NCBI GenBank assembly: GCA_031392695.1
Contig: JANMVM010000106.1
Span: 697-64,696, forward strand
Direction: 5' to 3'
DNA: 64,000 bases
From: Rubrivivax sp.
GTDB lineage: Bacteria > Pseudomonadota > Gammaproteobacteria > Burkholderiales > Burkholderiaceae_C
Part shown: positions 29,195 through 42,415 of the stretch, in pieces
Position numbering within the stretch: position 1 is the stretch's first letter
Layout: every line of letters begins with the position of its first letter
Translations under genes and position numbers: made by a program
The notes under the pieces: model-generated
Seen by the model: only the letters and a program-made list of their open reading frames with translations
What the model was told of the DNA's origin: nothing
The model's database searches: none

Positions 29195-29658
29195 GGCGGT
29201 GCGGCCGCTGCCGGCAGGCGGCCGGGCAGTTGCAGGATGGCCGCCGCATTGCTGGGCGAGAAACAGCGCGCCGCGGCTTCGCGCCACGGCAGCCACACGC
29301 TGGCCAGGTGCTCGCGCGGGCTCAGCGTCACCGCCACCCGACCCGCGACGGTGAGGCCGAACACGTGTTCGGTGTTCTGGCTCACGCCCGGCGCGTAGCG
29401 GTGGCGCCAGACGGGGTAGATCTCGTAGACCGTGGACAGGCCCCAGTCGCGCAGCTCGCCGCTGCCGATGCCGGTCTCTTCGGCGACCTCGCGGCGCGCG
29501 GTGACTTCCAGCGCCTCGTCCTCGGCGTCGAGCGAGCCGGTCACGCTCTGCCAGGAGCCGGGCCGGTCGGCACGCTCGATGAGCAGCACCTCCAGCGCGG
29601 GCGTGTGGATGACCACCAGCACCGAGCGGGGGATCTTGAACGGGCCCGGCCTGGCCAC
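29191..29658 (-). CDS. nudB: Dihydroneopterin triphosphate diphosphatase (Nudix)
   Basis: KIPRSVLVVI, WQSVTGS, AxREVxEETG Nudix box, NTEHVF. Downstream of aspS. Confidence 0.9.
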   Translation of the reverse strand: MARPGPFKIPRSVLVVIHTPALEVLLIERADRPGSWQSVTGSLDAEDEALEVTARREVAEETGIGSGELRDWGLSTVYEIYPVWRHRYAPGVSQNTEHVFGLTVAGRVAVTLSPREHLASVWLPWREAAARCFSPSNAAAILQLPGRLPAAAAPP

Positions 29659-29674
29659 CGCAGCCAGCGCCCGC

Positions 29675-31465
29675 TCAGCCCGCGGGCTGCGGGTTGCGCA
29701 GGCGGATGTGGAGGTCGCGCAGCTGCCCCTCGTCGACCGCGCTCGGCGCGCCCGTCAGCAGGCACTGCGCGCGCTGTGTCTTGGGGAAGGCGATGACGTC
29801 GCGGATGCTCTCGGCCCCCGTCATCAGGGTGGCGATGCGGTCGAGGCCGAAGGCCAGGCCGCCGTGCGGCGGCGCGCCGTACTGCAACGCGTCGAGCAGG
29901 AAGCCGAACTTCAGGCGCTGTTCTTCTGGCGTGATGTTGAGGGCTTCGAAGACGCGCGCCTGCACGTCGGCGCGGTGGATGCGCACCGAGCCGCCGCCGA
30001 TCTCCCAGCCATTGAGCACCATGTCGTAGGCCTTGGCGATGCAGGCCCCCGGATCGGTCTTCATGAGCTCGTCGTGGCCGTCCTTGGGTGCCGTGAAGGG
30101 GTGGTGCACGGCGTTCCAGCGCTTGGCCTCGTCGTCGTACTCGAACATCGGGAAGTCGACCACCCACACCGGCGCCCACTTGTCCTCGAACAGGCCGTGG
30201 TCGCGGCCGAACTCGCTGTGGCCGAGCTTGACGCGCAGCGCGCCCAGCGCGTCGTTGACGACCTTGGCCTTGTCGGCGCCGAAGAAGAGGAGGTCGCCGT
30301 TGCGCGCGCCGCTGCGGGCGATGATCTCGGCGATCGCCGCATCGTGCAGGTTCTTCACGATCGGGCTCTGCAGGCCCTCGCGGCCCTTGCCGGCATCGTT
30401 GACCTTGATCCAGGCCAGGCCACGGGCGCCGTAGATCTTGACGAACTCGGTGTAGGCGTCGATCTCGCCACGGCTCATCTCGCTGCCGCCGGGCACGCGC
30501 AGCGCCGCGACGCGGCCGCCCTTGCTCAGCGCCGGCGTGCTGAAGACCTTGAAGTCGACGTTCTTCATGACATCGGTGAGCTCGGTGAACTCGAGCTTGA
30601 CGCGCAGGTCGGGCTTGTCGGAGCCGTAGCGGTGCATCGCCTCGGCGTAGGGGATCTCGGTGTAGACCGGCAGCTCGAGGTTCATCGTCTTGCGAAAGAC
30701 GGTGCGGATCATGGCTTCGGTGATGGCGCGGATCTCGGCTTCGCCCAGGAAGCTGGTCTCGATGTCGATCTGCGTGAACTCGGGCTGGCGGTCGGCGCGC
30801 AGGTCTTCGTCGCGGAAGCACTTGACGATCTGGTAGTAGCGGTCGAAGCCGGCCACCATCAGCAACTGCTTGAACAGCTGCGGGCTTTGCGGCAGCGCGA
30901 AGAAGTGGCCGTCGTGGACGCGGCTGGGCACCAGGTAGTCGCGCGCGCCTTCGGGCGTGCTCTTGGTGAGCATCGGTGTTTCGATGTCGATGAAGCCTTG
31001 CTCGTCGAGAAACTTGCGCACCTCGATGGCCACGCGGTAGCGCAGGCGCAGGTTCTTCTGCATCTCGGGGCGGCGCAGGTCGAGCACGCGGTGCGTCAGG
31101 CGCACGGTCTCGCTCAGGTTGTCGTCGTCGAGCGGGAACGGCGGCGTCACGCTCGCGTTGAGGACTTCCAGCTCATGGCACAGCACCTCGATCTTGCCGC
31201 TCGTGAGGTTGGCGTTCTCGGTGCCGGCCGGGCGCGCGCGCACCACGCCCTTGACTTGCAGGCAGAACTCGTTGCGCACGCCCTCGGCGAGCTTGAACAT
31301 GTCGGCGCGGTCGGGGTCGCAGACGATCTGCACCAGGCCTTCGCGGTCGCGCAGGTCGATGAAGATGACGCCGCCGTGGTCGCGGCGGCGGTGGGCCCAG
31401 CCCATCAGGGTGACGTCCTGGCCCATCAGCGTTTCGCTGACCAGGCCGCAGTAGGTGGTTCTCAT
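29675..31465 (-). CDS. aspS: Aspartate--tRNA ligase
   Basis: [44 protein letters not shown]. The N-domain HGGV...DP pattern suggests the non-discriminating Asp/Asn type. Confidence 0.97.
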   Translation of the reverse strand: MRTTYCGLVSETLMGQDVTLMGWAHRRRDHGGVIFIDLRDREGLVQIVCDPDRADMFKLAEGVRNEFCLQVKGVVRARPAGTENANLTSGKIEVLCHELEVLNASVTPPFPLDDDNLSETVRLTHRVLDLRRPEMQKNLRLRYRVAIEVRKFLDEQGFIDIETPMLTKSTPEGARDYLVPSRVHDGHFFALPQSPQLFKQLLMVAGFDRYYQIVKCFRDEDLRADRQPEFTQIDIETSFLGEAEIRAITEAMIRTVFRKTMNLELPVYTEIPYAEAMHRYGSDKPDLRVKLEFTELTDVMKNVDFKVFSTPALSKGGRVAALRVPGGSEMSRGEIDAYTEFVKIYGARGLAWIKVNDAGKGREGLQSPIVKNLHDAAIAEIIARSGARNGDLLFFGADKAKVVNDALGALRVKLGHSEFGRDHGLFEDKWAPVWVVDFPMFEYDDEAKRWNAVHHPFTAPKDGHDELMKTDPGACIAKAYDMVLNGWEIGGGSVRIHRADVQARVFEALNITPEEQRLKFGFLLDALQYGAPPHGGLAFGLDRIATLMTGAESIRDVIAFPKTQRAQCLLTGAPSAVDEGQLRDLHIRLRNPQPAG

Positions 31466-31601
31466 GGTCTAGTTCCAGTCGGCAGTTCGGTGGGTGTCGG
31501 GTGGCGTGGGGGTGGCGCTGCTGCAAACCCGCCGGCCCCGGCCTGGGGCATCGCGCTCGGGTTGCTCAGGGCTGGCCGGCTGCGGGGCCGGGCCAGCCGG
31601 G

Positions 31602-32264
31602 TCAATTTCGGGCCGGCTGCGCCACCGCCACCGCCACCGGCGGCAGCGTGGCGCCGCCGGGCCCCACCACACCCATCGAGATGACGTACTTCAGCGCCTC
31701 GTCGACGCTCATCTTGAGTTCGATGACGTCGGAGCGCGGCATCATCAGAAAGAAGCCCGAGGTCGGGTTGGGCGTGGTCGGCACGTACACGCTGACGTAG
31801 TCGCCCGGCAGCCGCGTCGCCACCTCGCCGCCCGGCCGGCCGGTGACGAAGGCGATGGTCCACGAGCCATGGCGCGGGTACTGCACCAGCACCGCTTGGC
31901 GAAAGGCGTTGCCGTTGCTGGAGAACAGCGTGTCCGAGACCTGCTTGACCGAGCTGTAGATGCTCTTGACGATGGGAATCTTGCTCAGGATGCGGTTGCC
32001 CTGGCGCAGCCACCACTGGCCGAAGATGTTGGCCGCGAAGACCCCCGTCAGCAGCAGGCCCGCGGCCAGCACCAGCACGCCCAGGCCGGGCACGTGGCGC
32101 AGCCGCTCGATGGTGGCACGCGCGGTTTCGGGCAGCACGGCCTGGGTCGCCGAGAGCAGCCAGGCGAAGACGCCGTCGAGCGCGCCGAGCAACCACGACA
32201 GCACCCAGATCGTGATCGCCATCGGCAACCAGACCAGCAAGCCGGCGACGAGGTATTTCTTCAA
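31602..32264 (-). CDS. DUF502 domain membrane protein
   Basis: KKYLVAGLLVWLP, IYSSVKQVSDT, VPTTPNPTSGF. Probable TTG start. Confidence 0.9.
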   Translation of the reverse strand: MKKYLVAGLLVWLPMAITIWVLSWLLGALDGVFAWLLSATQAVLPETARATIERLRHVPGLGVLVLAAGLLLTGVFAANIFGQWWLRQGNRILSKIPIVKSIYSSVKQVSDTLFSSNGNAFRQAVLVQYPRHGSWTIAFVTGRPGGEVATRLPGDYVSVYVPTTPNPTSGFFLMMPRSDVIELKMSVDEALKYVISMGVVGPGGATLPPVAVAVAQPARN

Positions 32265-32292
32265 GGGGGCCTTCCGTGCGCGACCGGGGTGC

Positions 32293-32673
32293 TCAGCTGC
32301 CCGATGCCGGCTTTGCGGCAGCGGGTGCCGGGGTGACGGCGGGAGCGACCTTGTCGGCGGGCTTGGCGGCCGCCGCCGGCACGGCGGTGTCGGCCGGCTT
32401 GGCAGCTGGCTTGTCGGCCAGTGGGTCGGCCGGCTTGTCACTGGTGGCCGCGGCGGCTTCACCCTCGGCCGCCTTGGGCGGCGCGGTGTTGCCGCCGCGG
32501 AAGTCGGTCACGTACCAGCCCGAGCCCTTGAGCTGGAAGCCGGCGGCAGTCAGCTGCTTGGCATAGGCGCCGGCGCCGCAGGCCGGACACACGGTGAGCA
32601 CCGCGTCCGACATCTTCTGCAGCACGTCTTGGGCGTGGCCGCAGGAGTTGCAGCGATAGGCGTAGATGGGCAT
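32293..32673 (-). CDS. FmdB-family zinc-ribbon protein
   Basis: MPIYAYRCNSCG...CPACG, FQLKGSGWYVTDF, Ala/Pro/Lys-rich tail. Confidence 0.9.
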   Translation of the reverse strand: MPIYAYRCNSCGHAQDVLQKMSDAVLTVCPACGAGAYAKQLTAAGFQLKGSGWYVTDFRGGNTAPPKAAEGEAAAATSDKPADPLADKPAAKPADTAVPAAAAKPADKVAPAVTPAPAAAKPASGS

Positions 32674-32734
32674 GGCTAAATCGTTGATTCGAAAGGCGAA
32701 ATTATAGGGCGGGCGGGGGTTTGCCCGATCCGGC

Positions 32735-34282
32735 TCACCAAGGCCAGAGCAGCCGCGTGGCCAGCAGCCCGGCAAAGAAGCCCAGGCCGGCCCACAAAAC
32801 CGCCTGCAACAGCCGGTTGGTGCGGCGCTGTTCGGCCAGCAAGGCCAGCAGCGCCGGGTTGGGGCCGGGCAGGGCCTGCTGACGCAGCGCCTGGTGCAGC
32901 AGGCGCGGCAGCTCGGGCAGCAGCTGCGCGTAGCGCGGGGCCTCGTTCTTGACGCGCTCGAGCAGGCCGCGCCAACCGACCTGCTCGTTCATCCAGCGCT
33001 CGAGGAAGGGCTGCGCGGTGGTCCAGAGGTCGAGCTCAGGGTCGAGCTGGCGGCCCAGCCCTTCGATGTTGAGCAGCGTCTTCTGCAGCAGCACGAGCTG
33101 GGGCTGGATCTCGACGTTGAAGCGGCGCGAGGTCTGGAACAGCCGCATCAGCACCTGGCCGAGCGAGATGTCCTTCAGTGGCCGGTCGAAGTGCGGCTCG
33201 CAGACGGCGCGGATCGCGCCTTCGAGCTCGTTGACGCGCGTGTTCGGCGGCACCCAGCCGCTTTCGATGTGCAACTCGGCGACGCGCTTGTAGTCGCGCT
33301 GGAAAAAGGCGATGAAGTTGTAGGCGAGGTATTCCTTGTCGCTTTCGGTGAGCGTGCCGATGATGCCGAAGTCGAGCGCGATGTAGCGGCCGAAGCTGGC
33401 CGGGTCCAGGCTCACCTGGATGTTGCCCGGGTGCATGTCGGCGTGGAAGAAACCGTCGCGGAATACCTGGGTGAAGAAGATCGTGACGCCGTCGCGCGCC
33501 AGCTTGGGGATGTCGACACCGGCGGCGCGGATGCGCTCGATCTGGCTGATCGGCACACCGTGCATGCGCTGCATGACGATCACGCTGGAGGTGCACAGCT
33601 CCCACACCATCTCGGGCACCAGCACCAGGCCCAGGCCCTTCATGTTGCGGCGCAGCTGGGTGGCGTTGGCGGCCTCGCGCACGAGGTCGAGTTCGTCGTG
33701 CAGGTAGCCGTCGAACTCGGCCACCACCTCGCGCGGCTTCAGGCGCTTGCCGTCCGCCGAAAGGCGGTCGACCCAGCGCGCCAGCGTGTGCAGCAGCGTC
33801 AGATCCTGGTCGATGACCTGCAGCATCCCCGGGCGCAGCACCTTCACCGCCACTTCGCGCCCGTCCTTGAGCACGGCAAAGTGCACCTGCGCGATCGAGG
33901 CGCTGGCCACGGGCTCGGCCTCGAAACTGGTGAAGACGGCTTCGATGGGGCGGCCGAAGGCTTTTTCCACCAACGCGCGCGACTGCGCCGCCGGAAACGG
34001 CGGCACGCGGTCTTGCAGCTTGGCCAGTTCATCGGCCACGTCGAGTGGAATCAGGTCGCGCCGGGTCGACAGCACCTGGCCGAACTTGACGAAGATCGGG
34101 CCCAGCCGCTCCAGGCCCTGGCGCAGCCTTTCGCCGCGCGGCGCGTCGAGGCGCCGGCCCAGCGTCACCAGTCGCACCAGCAGCCGCACCGAGCGCTGCG
34201 GGAAGACGCTCAGCGCGACCTCGTCGAGGCCGAAGCGCAACACCGTGACGACGATGAAAACGAGGCGGCCGAAATGCTTCAC
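32735..34282 (-). CDS. ubiB: Ubiquinone biosynthesis kinase-like protein
   Basis: [44 protein letters not shown]. Confidence 0.95.
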   Translation of the reverse strand: MKHFGRLVFIVVTVLRFGLDEVALSVFPQRSVRLLVRLVTLGRRLDAPRGERLRQGLERLGPIFVKFGQVLSTRRDLIPLDVADELAKLQDRVPPFPAAQSRALVEKAFGRPIEAVFTSFEAEPVASASIAQVHFAVLKDGREVAVKVLRPGMLQVIDQDLTLLHTLARWVDRLSADGKRLKPREVVAEFDGYLHDELDLVREAANATQLRRNMKGLGLVLVPEMVWELCTSSVIVMQRMHGVPISQIERIRAAGVDIPKLARDGVTIFFTQVFRDGFFHADMHPGNIQVSLDPASFGRYIALDFGIIGTLTESDKEYLAYNFIAFFQRDYKRVAELHIESGWVPPNTRVNELEGAIRAVCEPHFDRPLKDISLGQVLMRLFQTSRRFNVEIQPQLVLLQKTLLNIEGLGRQLDPELDLWTTAQPFLERWMNEQVGWRGLLERVKNEAPRYAQLLPELPRLLHQALRQQALPGPNPALLALLAEQRRTNRLLQAVLWAGLGFFAGLLATRLLWPW

Positions 34283-34334
34283 GGCCGCCACCCGCTGCCA
34301 GGCCGCTCAAGGGGCTGAAGCCGGGCGCGCAGGC

Positions 34335-34865
34335 TCACGCGCGACGCGAGCGCCACTGCTCGCCCAGCGCCGCCGCGCCCTTGAGCGCGTTGCGCAGGCC
34401 AGCCGCCAGCATGCGTCCCACCTGGTGCAGCGGCTGCGCCACCTGCGGGCCGAAGACGCGGTCGAGGTCGGCGGCGACGTCCCAGCGCAAGTTCTGCAGC
34501 AACCAGTTCACGTCGGCGGCGAGTTGGGCATTGCCTTCGATCTGCAGCGCAGGAGCCTCGCCGGCCAGCGCCCGCGCCATCACCAGGGCCGGGTTGCCGG
34601 CATCGAGTTGCACCGCCAGATCGTGGGCCGCCGGGCCCGGCGCGCCACACCACTCAAGCAGCCCGGCCGGCGTGACACGCCAGGCCAGCACCGGTGGCGC
34701 CGGCAGCAAGGCAGGCCAGCCGGTCAGGGTCAGCGACAAGGTGGCCCCGCTGTGCGCACGCAAGCGATCGGTGGCCACGGCTTCGCCGGACAGGACGTGG
34801 TTGAAGAGCAGCGTGAGCCGCTCCGCCAGGGCAGGCGCCAGCAGCGCATTCAGACTGTGAAGCAT
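34335..34865 (-). CDS. ubiJ: SCP2-domain ubiquinone biosynthesis accessory factor (UbiJ-like)
   Basis: LLFNHVL, IEGNAQLAADVNWLLQNLRWDVAADL. Immediately upstream of ubiB. Confidence 0.75.
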   Translation of the reverse strand: MLHSLNALLAPALAERLTLLFNHVLSGEAVATDRLRAHSGATLSLTLTGWPALLPAPPVLAWRVTPAGLLEWCGAPGPAAHDLAVQLDAGNPALVMARALAGEAPALQIEGNAQLAADVNWLLQNLRWDVAADLDRVFGPQVAQPLHQVGRMLAAGLRNALKGAAALGEQWRSRRA

Positions 34866-35111
34866 TGCGCGATTGTAGGCAGCCAGGCCTGCCACTGCCG
34901 CGGCGGCCGTCAGCCGACGGTCACGGCAGCACGAGGGAAATGGGTGAGAATCTGCCGCTTTGCCACTGGCAGCAGGGTCTTCGGCAGAGGGCCGAAAGGC
35001 CGCCCTGCCCTCACCCGTTGCCGCCCGTCAACAGCCACCCGCCAACCGCCACTTAGCCCGTGCCTGTCCCGCCACGGCCGCAGCCCAGCCGACACCCGCA
35101 GCGCCACAGCG

Positions 35112-36506
<1,395 letters not shown>

Positions 36507-36512
36507 GCAGCC

Positions 36513-37820
36513 ATGACCTCGTCCCCACTTCATGTCTGCAGCGTCCGGGCGTCGGCGATGCGCGCTGCGCTGGCTGCGTTGGCTGCGTTGGCTGCGCTGG
36601 CGCTGGCCGCGAGCCCCGCGATGGCGCAGTCCAGCCCCTGGTACCTGGGCGCATCGACCGCGCTGAGCCACGACTCGAACCTGCTGCGGCTGGGCGACAA
36701 CCAGCCACCCGGCAACGGTGAGAGCCGCTCCGACACCCTGCTCAGCACGGCACTCGTGGGTGGCCTCAACCAGGGCATCGGGCGCCAGCGCGTCACCGCC
36801 AGCCTGACGCTGCGCGACAACCGCTTCGACCACAACACCAAGTACAACAACCAGAGCTACAACGGCGCGCTGGGCCTGGAATGGTCAACGGTGGAGCGGG
36901 TGTCAGGCTCGCTCACAGCCGGCGCCTCGCGCAACCTGTCGACCTTCAATGCCGACGTGCTGGGGCTGTTGCCCGAGAAGAATTTCGAGACCACGCAGGG
37001 TCTCAACGCCAGCCTGAGCATCGGCCTGGTGACGCAGTACAGCCTGGAGCTCGGCGCCGGCCATCGCCAGGTGCGAAATTCGCTGGACATCGAGTCGGTG
37101 CAGGCGCGCAACTACAACCAGGACGAGTGGTCGGTGGGTGTGGTCTGGCGGCCGCTAGCCAGTTTCAGCCTGACCTCGGCGCTGCGCGGCGTGCAGGGCG
37201 AGTTTCCCAAGTTCAGCCCCACGGCCACGGGCTTTGATACCGACAAGTTCCGCCAACAGCGGCTCGAACTGGTGGCCGCGCTGCAGCCCACGGGCGCCAG
37301 CACGCTGGACGCTAGGCTGAGCTTCGGCGAGACGAAGTACGTGGTCAACACGCAGCGCGACTTCTCCAACGTCAGCGGGTCGCTGGGCTGGCAGTGGCAG
37401 GCCAGCGGCAAGTTGCGGCTCAACACCCGCCTGTCGCGCGACGAGGGGCAGGACAACTATGCCACCCGTGTCGGCCTGCTGCGCGTCACGATCAACGATC
37501 GCCGCGTCATCTCCACGCTGCGCCTGCAGGCCGACTGGGACGTGGCGGCCAAGCTGGCCTTGTCCAGCAGCCTGCAGCAAGCCAGGCGCCAGGTGAATCG
37601 CGACACCCTGGCCAACCTCAGCACCGGCACGCTGTCGCTGGGCCTGGACAACGGCACCGACACGACGACCATCTTCACCTTCGGCGCGCGCTGGTCGCTG
37701 TGGCGAAATGCCGTGCTGGGCTGCGACGCGCGCGCCGAGAAGCGGCGTGCCACGGGCACCATCACCACCGGTCTGAGCGGCAACAGCCTCAACTGTTACG
37801 GCCAGATCACGATCCAATGA
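36513..37820 (+). CDS. Outer-membrane beta-barrel polysaccharide biosynthesis protein (EpsL-like)
   Basis: Signal peptide (with a 9-bp x4 repeat at 36564-36599), HDSNLLRL, alternating beta-strand pattern, position after the priming GT. Start may be 36558. Confidence 0.7.
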   Translation: MTSSPLHVCSVRASAMRAALAALAALAALALAASPAMAQSSPWYLGASTALSHDSNLLRLGDNQPPGNGESRSDTLLSTALVGGLNQGIGRQRVTASLTLRDNRFDHNTKYNNQSYNGALGLEWSTVERVSGSLTAGASRNLSTFNADVLGLLPEKNFETTQGLNASLSIGLVTQYSLELGAGHRQVRNSLDIESVQARNYNQDEWSVGVVWRPLASFSLTSALRGVQGEFPKFSPTATGFDTDKFRQQRLELVAALQPTGASTLDARLSFGETKYVVNTQRDFSNVSGSLGWQWQASGKLRLNTRLSRDEGQDNYATRVGLLRVTINDRRVISTLRLQADWDVAAKLALSSSLQQARRQVNRDTLANLSTGTLSLGLDNGTDTTTIFTFGARWSLWRNAVLGCDARAEKRRATGTITTGLSGNSLNCYGQITIQ

Positions 37821-38836
37821 CGACCACCGTGCTGCTCACCGGGGCCACCGGCTACATCGCGTCGCACACCTGGCTGGCCTTGTGGGAGGCCGGCTTCGAG
37901 GTCGTGGGTGTCGACGATTTATCCAACAGCTCGCCGCTGGTGCTGCAGCGGCTGCAGGCGCTGGGCGGCCGTGTGCCCGCCTTCGAAAAGGCCAACGTGT
38001 GCGACGCAGCGGCCATGGAAGCGCTGTTCCGGCGCTACCGCATCGACGCCACGGTGCACTTCGCCGCGCTCAAGGCGGTGGGCGAATCGACGGCGCAGCC
38101 GCTGGCCTACTACGCCAACAACCTGGGCGGGCTGCTCAACGTCTGCCGCACCATGCAGCGTCACGGCGTCAAGCGCCTGGTATTCAGCTCCAGCGCCACG
38201 GTCTACGGTGACCCGCAGACGCTGCCGATCCGCGAGGACGCGCCGCTGGCCGCCACCAACCCCTACGGCCAGACCAAGCTGATGGGCGAACAGATGCTGC
38301 GCGACCTGGGCGTGTCCGATGGGCAGTGGCAGACCGCCTGCCTGCGCTACTTCAACCCCGTCGGTGCCCATGCCAGCGGCCTGATCGGCGAAGACCCGCG
38401 CGGCATCCCCAACAACCTGATGCCCTACGTGGCGCAGGTGGCGGTCGGCCGCAGGCCGCGCCTGGCGGTGTTCGGCAACGACTACCCGACACCCGACGGC
38501 ACCGGTGTGCGCGACTACCTCCACGTCACCGACCTGGCGCAGGGCCATGTCGCGGCGCTGAAGCGGTTGCTCGGCCAGGCCGGTTCGCTGACCGTGAACC
38601 TGGGCACCGGCCGCGGCTATAGCGTGCTCGAAGTCGTGGCCGCCTTCGCTGCCGCCAGTGGCCGCGACGTCCCCTATGAACTGATGCCGCGCCGCGCCGG
38701 CGACGTGGCCTCGTGTTACGCAGACCCCGCACTCGCACGCGAGTTGCTGGGCTGGAACGCCGAGTTCGACCTGGCACGCATGTGCGAAGACAGCTGGCGC
38801 TGGCAATCTCTGAACCCGCGAGGATTTGAAGCATGA
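37817..38836 (+). CDS. galE: UDP-glucose 4-epimerase
   Basis: TGATGYIASH, HFAALKAVGES, YGQTK, LRYFNP, PNNL. Confidence 0.95.
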   Translation: MTTTVLLTGATGYIASHTWLALWEAGFEVVGVDDLSNSSPLVLQRLQALGGRVPAFEKANVCDAAAMEALFRRYRIDATVHFAALKAVGESTAQPLAYYANNLGGLLNVCRTMQRHGVKRLVFSSSATVYGDPQTLPIREDAPLAATNPYGQTKLMGEQMLRDLGVSDGQWQTACLRYFNPVGAHASGLIGEDPRGIPNNLMPYVAQVAVGRRPRLAVFGNDYPTPDGTGVRDYLHVTDLAQGHVAALKRLLGQAGSLTVNLGTGRGYSVLEVVAAFAAASGRDVPYELMPRRAGDVASCYADPALARELLGWNAEFDLARMCEDSWRWQSLNPRGFEA

Positions 38837-40284
38837 ACCCCACGTCCAGTACCTCACCCGCTGCAAGGATCCTGACCTGGCCCGTGGTCATGGCCGGTGG
38901 CTCGGGCACGCGCCTGTGGCCGCTGTCGCGCAGTGGCTTCCCCAAGCAGTTTCTGGTCCTGTCCGGCACCAGCAGCCTGTTTCAGCAGGCCGTCTCGCGC
39001 CTCACGGGCCTGGCCGATGAGCGCATTGAAGTGGCCCGGCCGGTGGTCGTCGGCAATGAGGAACACCGCTTCCTGGTGCTCGACCAGTTGCGCGAGATCC
39101 GGGCCGAGCCCGCAGCGGTGCTGCTGGAGCCGATGGGACGCAATACCGCCCCGGCGATCACCTTGGCAGCGCTGCAGGCCCTGGAAGGTGGCGCCGACCC
39201 GGTGCTGGTCGTGACCCCGGCCGACCAGACGGTGACCGATGGCGCTGCCTTCACGGCGTCGCTGCGGCGCGCGGTGCACGGTGCCGCCGAGGGCGCCATC
39301 GTGATCCTGGGCGTGACGCCGGACCGGCCGGAAACCGGCTATGGCTACGTCCGCGCCGACGGCCAGCGCGTGGCGCAGTTCGTCGAGAAGCCCGATGCCG
39401 TGACGGCGCAGAAGTACCTGGCGGCCGGCGGCTACTACTGGAACGCCGGCATGTTCGTGTTGCGCGCTTCGGTGTGGATGGCGGCGCTGGAGCGCTTCCG
39501 CCCCGATATCGCCACCGCCTGCCGCGCTGCATTCGCGGCGCGCAGCAGCGACGCCGCCTTCGTGCGCCCGGGCAAGGCCGAATTCGCGGCCGTGCCCAGC
39601 GAGTCGGTGGACTACGCGGTGATGGAAAAGTGCCCCGGCGTGCTCGACATCCGCATGGAGCCGTTGGCCGCCGGCTGGAACGACCTGGGGGCCTGGGAAG
39701 CCGTGTGGCAGGTCTCGCCCAAGGACGCGCGCGGCAACGCCCACGTCGGCGACGTGCTCTTCAGCGACTGCGACAACTCGCTGGTCCACGCCACCAGCCG
39801 GCTGGTGGGCGTGGTCGGCCTGCACGACGTCGTCGTCGTCGAGACGCCCGACGCGGTGCTCGTGTCCAGCCGCGAAAAGAGCCAGGACGTGAAGAACATC
39901 GTCACGCGCCTGGGCAGCGAGCAGCGCGGCGAGCACGCGCTGCACCGCAAGGTCCACCGGCCCTGGGGCTGGTACGACGGCATCGACCGCGGCCCGCGCG
40001 ACCAGGTCAAGCGCATCATGGTCAAGCCCGGCGCCTCGCTGAGCCTGCAGATGCACCACCACCGCGCCGAGCACTGGATCGTCGTCACCGGCACCGCCGA
40101 AGTCACGGTGGGCAACAAGGTGATCCTGCTGGCCGAAAACCAGAGCACCTACATCCCGCTCGGTGAGACGCACCGGCTGCGCAACCCCGGCAAGGTGCCG
40201 CTAGAGATCATCGAGGTGCAGTCGGGCAGCTACCTCGGCGAGGACGACATCGTGCGCTTCGAAGACACCTACGGCAGAACATGA
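38833..40284 (+). CDS. manC: Mannose-1-phosphate guanylyltransferase / mannose-6-phosphate isomerase
   Basis: [26 protein letters not shown]-terminal cupin RPWG...[12 protein letters not shown]. Confidence 0.95.
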   Translation: MNPTSSTSPAARILTWPVVMAGGSGTRLWPLSRSGFPKQFLVLSGTSSLFQQAVSRLTGLADERIEVARPVVVGNEEHRFLVLDQLREIRAEPAAVLLEPMGRNTAPAITLAALQALEGGADPVLVVTPADQTVTDGAAFTASLRRAVHGAAEGAIVILGVTPDRPETGYGYVRADGQRVAQFVEKPDAVTAQKYLAAGGYYWNAGMFVLRASVWMAALERFRPDIATACRAAFAARSSDAAFVRPGKAEFAAVPSESVDYAVMEKCPGVLDIRMEPLAAGWNDLGAWEAVWQVSPKDARGNAHVGDVLFSDCDNSLVHATSRLVGVVGLHDVVVVETPDAVLVSSREKSQDVKNIVTRLGSEQRGEHALHRKVHRPWGWYDGIDRGPRDQVKRIMVKPGASLSLQMHHHRAEHWIVVTGTAEVTVGNKVILLAENQSTYIPLGETHRLRNPGKVPLEIIEVQSGSYLGEDDIVRFEDTYGRT

Positions 40285-40286
40285 GG

Positions 40287-40363
40287 CGCCCAGGCTTGTC
40301 GCTTCGCGCCTTCGCCACTCCCCAGGGGGGCTCTTGCAGCGGCCCGACGAAGCCGCTTCCGCG
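40287..40363. repeat. Degenerate REP-like interspersed element
   Basis: CGCCCAGGCTT...CCCC-A-GGGGG...GCGGCCCGACGAAGCCGCTTCCGCG between manC and rmlB. Resembles a Burkholderiales repeat family from memory only. Confidence 0.4.
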
Positions 40364-40396
40364 CAAGGCCTTGATCACAGACCACCGAGCGATTCC

Positions 40397-41458
40397 ATGA
40401 CCATCCTCGTCACCGGCGGCGCCGGCTTCATCGGCAGCAACTTCGTGCTCGACTGGCTGGCCACACAGGCTGAACCGGTCGTCAACCTCGACGCCCTGAC
40501 CTACGCCGGCAACCTGCAGAACCTGGCCGCGCTGCAAGGCGATGCGCGGCACGTCTTCGTCAAGGGCGACATCGGCGACCGCGCGCTGCTCGATGAACTG
40601 CTGGCACATCACCGGCCGCGCGCGGTGTGCCACTTCGCGGCCGAAAGCCACGTCGACCGCAGCATCCATGGCCCCGGCGCTTTCATGAAGACGAATGTCG
40701 AGGGCACCTTCACCCTGCTGGAAGCCACGCGGGGCTACTGGAGCGCGCTGGCCGACGACGCGAAGGCTGCGTTCCGCTTCCACCACGTCAGCACCGACGA
40801 GGTCTACGGCAGCCTGGCGCCCGATGCCCCCGCCTTCACCGAGACCCATGCCTACGAGCCCAACAGCCCCTACTCGGCGAGCAAGGCGGCCAGCGATCAC
40901 CTCGTGCGCGCCTGGCACCACACCTATGGGCTGCCGGTGGTCACCACCAACTGCAGCAACAACTACGGCCCCTATCACTTCCCCGAGAAGCTGATCCCGC
41001 TGATGATCGTCAATGCCCTGGCCGGCAAGCCGCTGCCGATCTACGGCGACGGCCAGCAGGTGCGCGACTGGCTCTACGTCGGCGACCACTGCAGCGCCAT
41101 CCGCGCCGTGCTGGCCGGCGGGCGGCTCGGTGAGACCTACAACATCGGCGGCTGGAACGAGTTGACCAACCAGGAGATCGTGGACACGGTCTGCGCGTTG
41201 CTCGACGAGCTCTCGCCCAACCCTGCGGGCCCCTACACGCGCCTGATCACCCACGTCAAGGACCGGCCGGGCCACGACCGCCGCTACGCCATCGACGCGC
41301 GCAAGATCGAGCGCGAACTGGGCTGGCGGCCGGCACAGACCTTCGAGACCGGCATTCGCAAGACGGTGCAGTGGTACCTGGCCAACACGGCCTGGGTCGC
41401 CAACGTGCAAAGCGGCGGCTATCGCGACTGGCTCGACACGAACTACCACGCCCGATGA
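40397..41458 (+). CDS. rmlB: dTDP-glucose 4,6-dehydratase
   Basis: [33 protein letters not shown]. Confidence 0.96.
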   Translation: MTILVTGGAGFIGSNFVLDWLATQAEPVVNLDALTYAGNLQNLAALQGDARHVFVKGDIGDRALLDELLAHHRPRAVCHFAAESHVDRSIHGPGAFMKTNVEGTFTLLEATRGYWSALADDAKAAFRFHHVSTDEVYGSLAPDAPAFTETHAYEPNSPYSASKAASDHLVRAWHHTYGLPVVTTNCSNNYGPYHFPEKLIPLMIVNALAGKPLPIYGDGQQVRDWLYVGDHCSAIRAVLAGGRLGETYNIGGWNELTNQEIVDTVCALLDELSPNPAGPYTRLITHVKDRPGHDRRYAIDARKIERELGWRPAQTFETGIRKTVQWYLANTAWVANVQSGGYRDWLDTNYHAR

Positions 41459-41501
41459 TGCCCAGCACGCACTCCTTGCCGACGGCCCGACGGCTACGGC
41501 G

Positions 41502-42398
41502 ATGAAGATCCTCCTGCTCGGCAAGAACGGCCAGGTCGGCTGGGAACTGCAGCGCTCGTTGGCCATCCTCGGTGACGTGGTGGCCTGCGACTTCGATTCG
41601 CCGGCAGCACTCCGGGCCGACTTCTCGGACCCTGAATCGCTGCTGGCCCTGATCCGCCGCGAGCGGCCGCACGCCATCGTCAACGCGGCCGCCCACACCG
41701 CCGTCGACAAGGCCGAAAGCGAGCCCGACCTGGCGCGCCGGATCAACGCCACGGCGCCGGGGGTCATCGCGCGCGAGGCCGCGGCGCTGGGCGCGAGCCT
41801 GGTGCACTACAGCACCGACTATGTCTTCGACGGCAGCGGCGAGCAGCCACGCGACGAGTCCGCCGCCACCCACCCGCTGAGCGTCTACGGCCGCACCAAA
41901 CTCGAGGGCGAGGAGCTCATCCGCGCCAGCGGCTGCCGCCATCTCATCCTGCGCACGAGTTGGGTCTACGCCGCGCGCGGCGGCAATTTCGCGCGCACCA
42001 TGCTGCGTCTGGCGGCCGAACGCGAAGAACTCAAAGTCATCGCCGACCAGTGGGGCGCGCCCACCGGCGCCGATCTGCTGGCCGACATCACGGCGCTGGC
42101 GCTGCCGCGGCTGCAGGCCGATGCAGCGCTGGCCGGCACCTACCACTGCGCGGCCGCCGGCGCGACCCACTGGCACGGCTACGCCCACCTGGTCATCGAG
42201 TGGGCGCGCGCCCACGGCCACACCGTCAAGATGGCTCCAGAACGCTTGCTGGCGATCGCCACCGAGGCCTACCCCACAGCCGCGCGCCGGCCGCTGAATT
42301 CACGGCTCGACACGGCGAAGCTGCGCACCACCTTCGGTGTCACGCTGCCCGCGTGGCAGGCCGGCGTGCAACGCATGCTGAGCGAAGTGCTCGGCTGA
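41502..42398 (+). CDS. rmlD: dTDP-4-dehydrorhamnose reductase
   Basis: [28 protein letters not shown]. Confidence 0.95.
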   Translation: MKILLLGKNGQVGWELQRSLAILGDVVACDFDSPAALRADFSDPESLLALIRRERPHAIVNAAAHTAVDKAESEPDLARRINATAPGVIAREAAALGASLVHYSTDYVFDGSGEQPRDESAATHPLSVYGRTKLEGEELIRASGCRHLILRTSWVYAARGGNFARTMLRLAAEREELKVIADQWGAPTGADLLADITALALPRLQADAALAGTYHCAAAGATHWHGYAHLVIEWARAHGHTVKMAPERLLAIATEAYPTAARRPLNSRLDTAKLRTTFGVTLPAWQAGVQRMLSEVLG

Positions 42399-42415
42399 AC
42401 CCACAGGGACACCCC

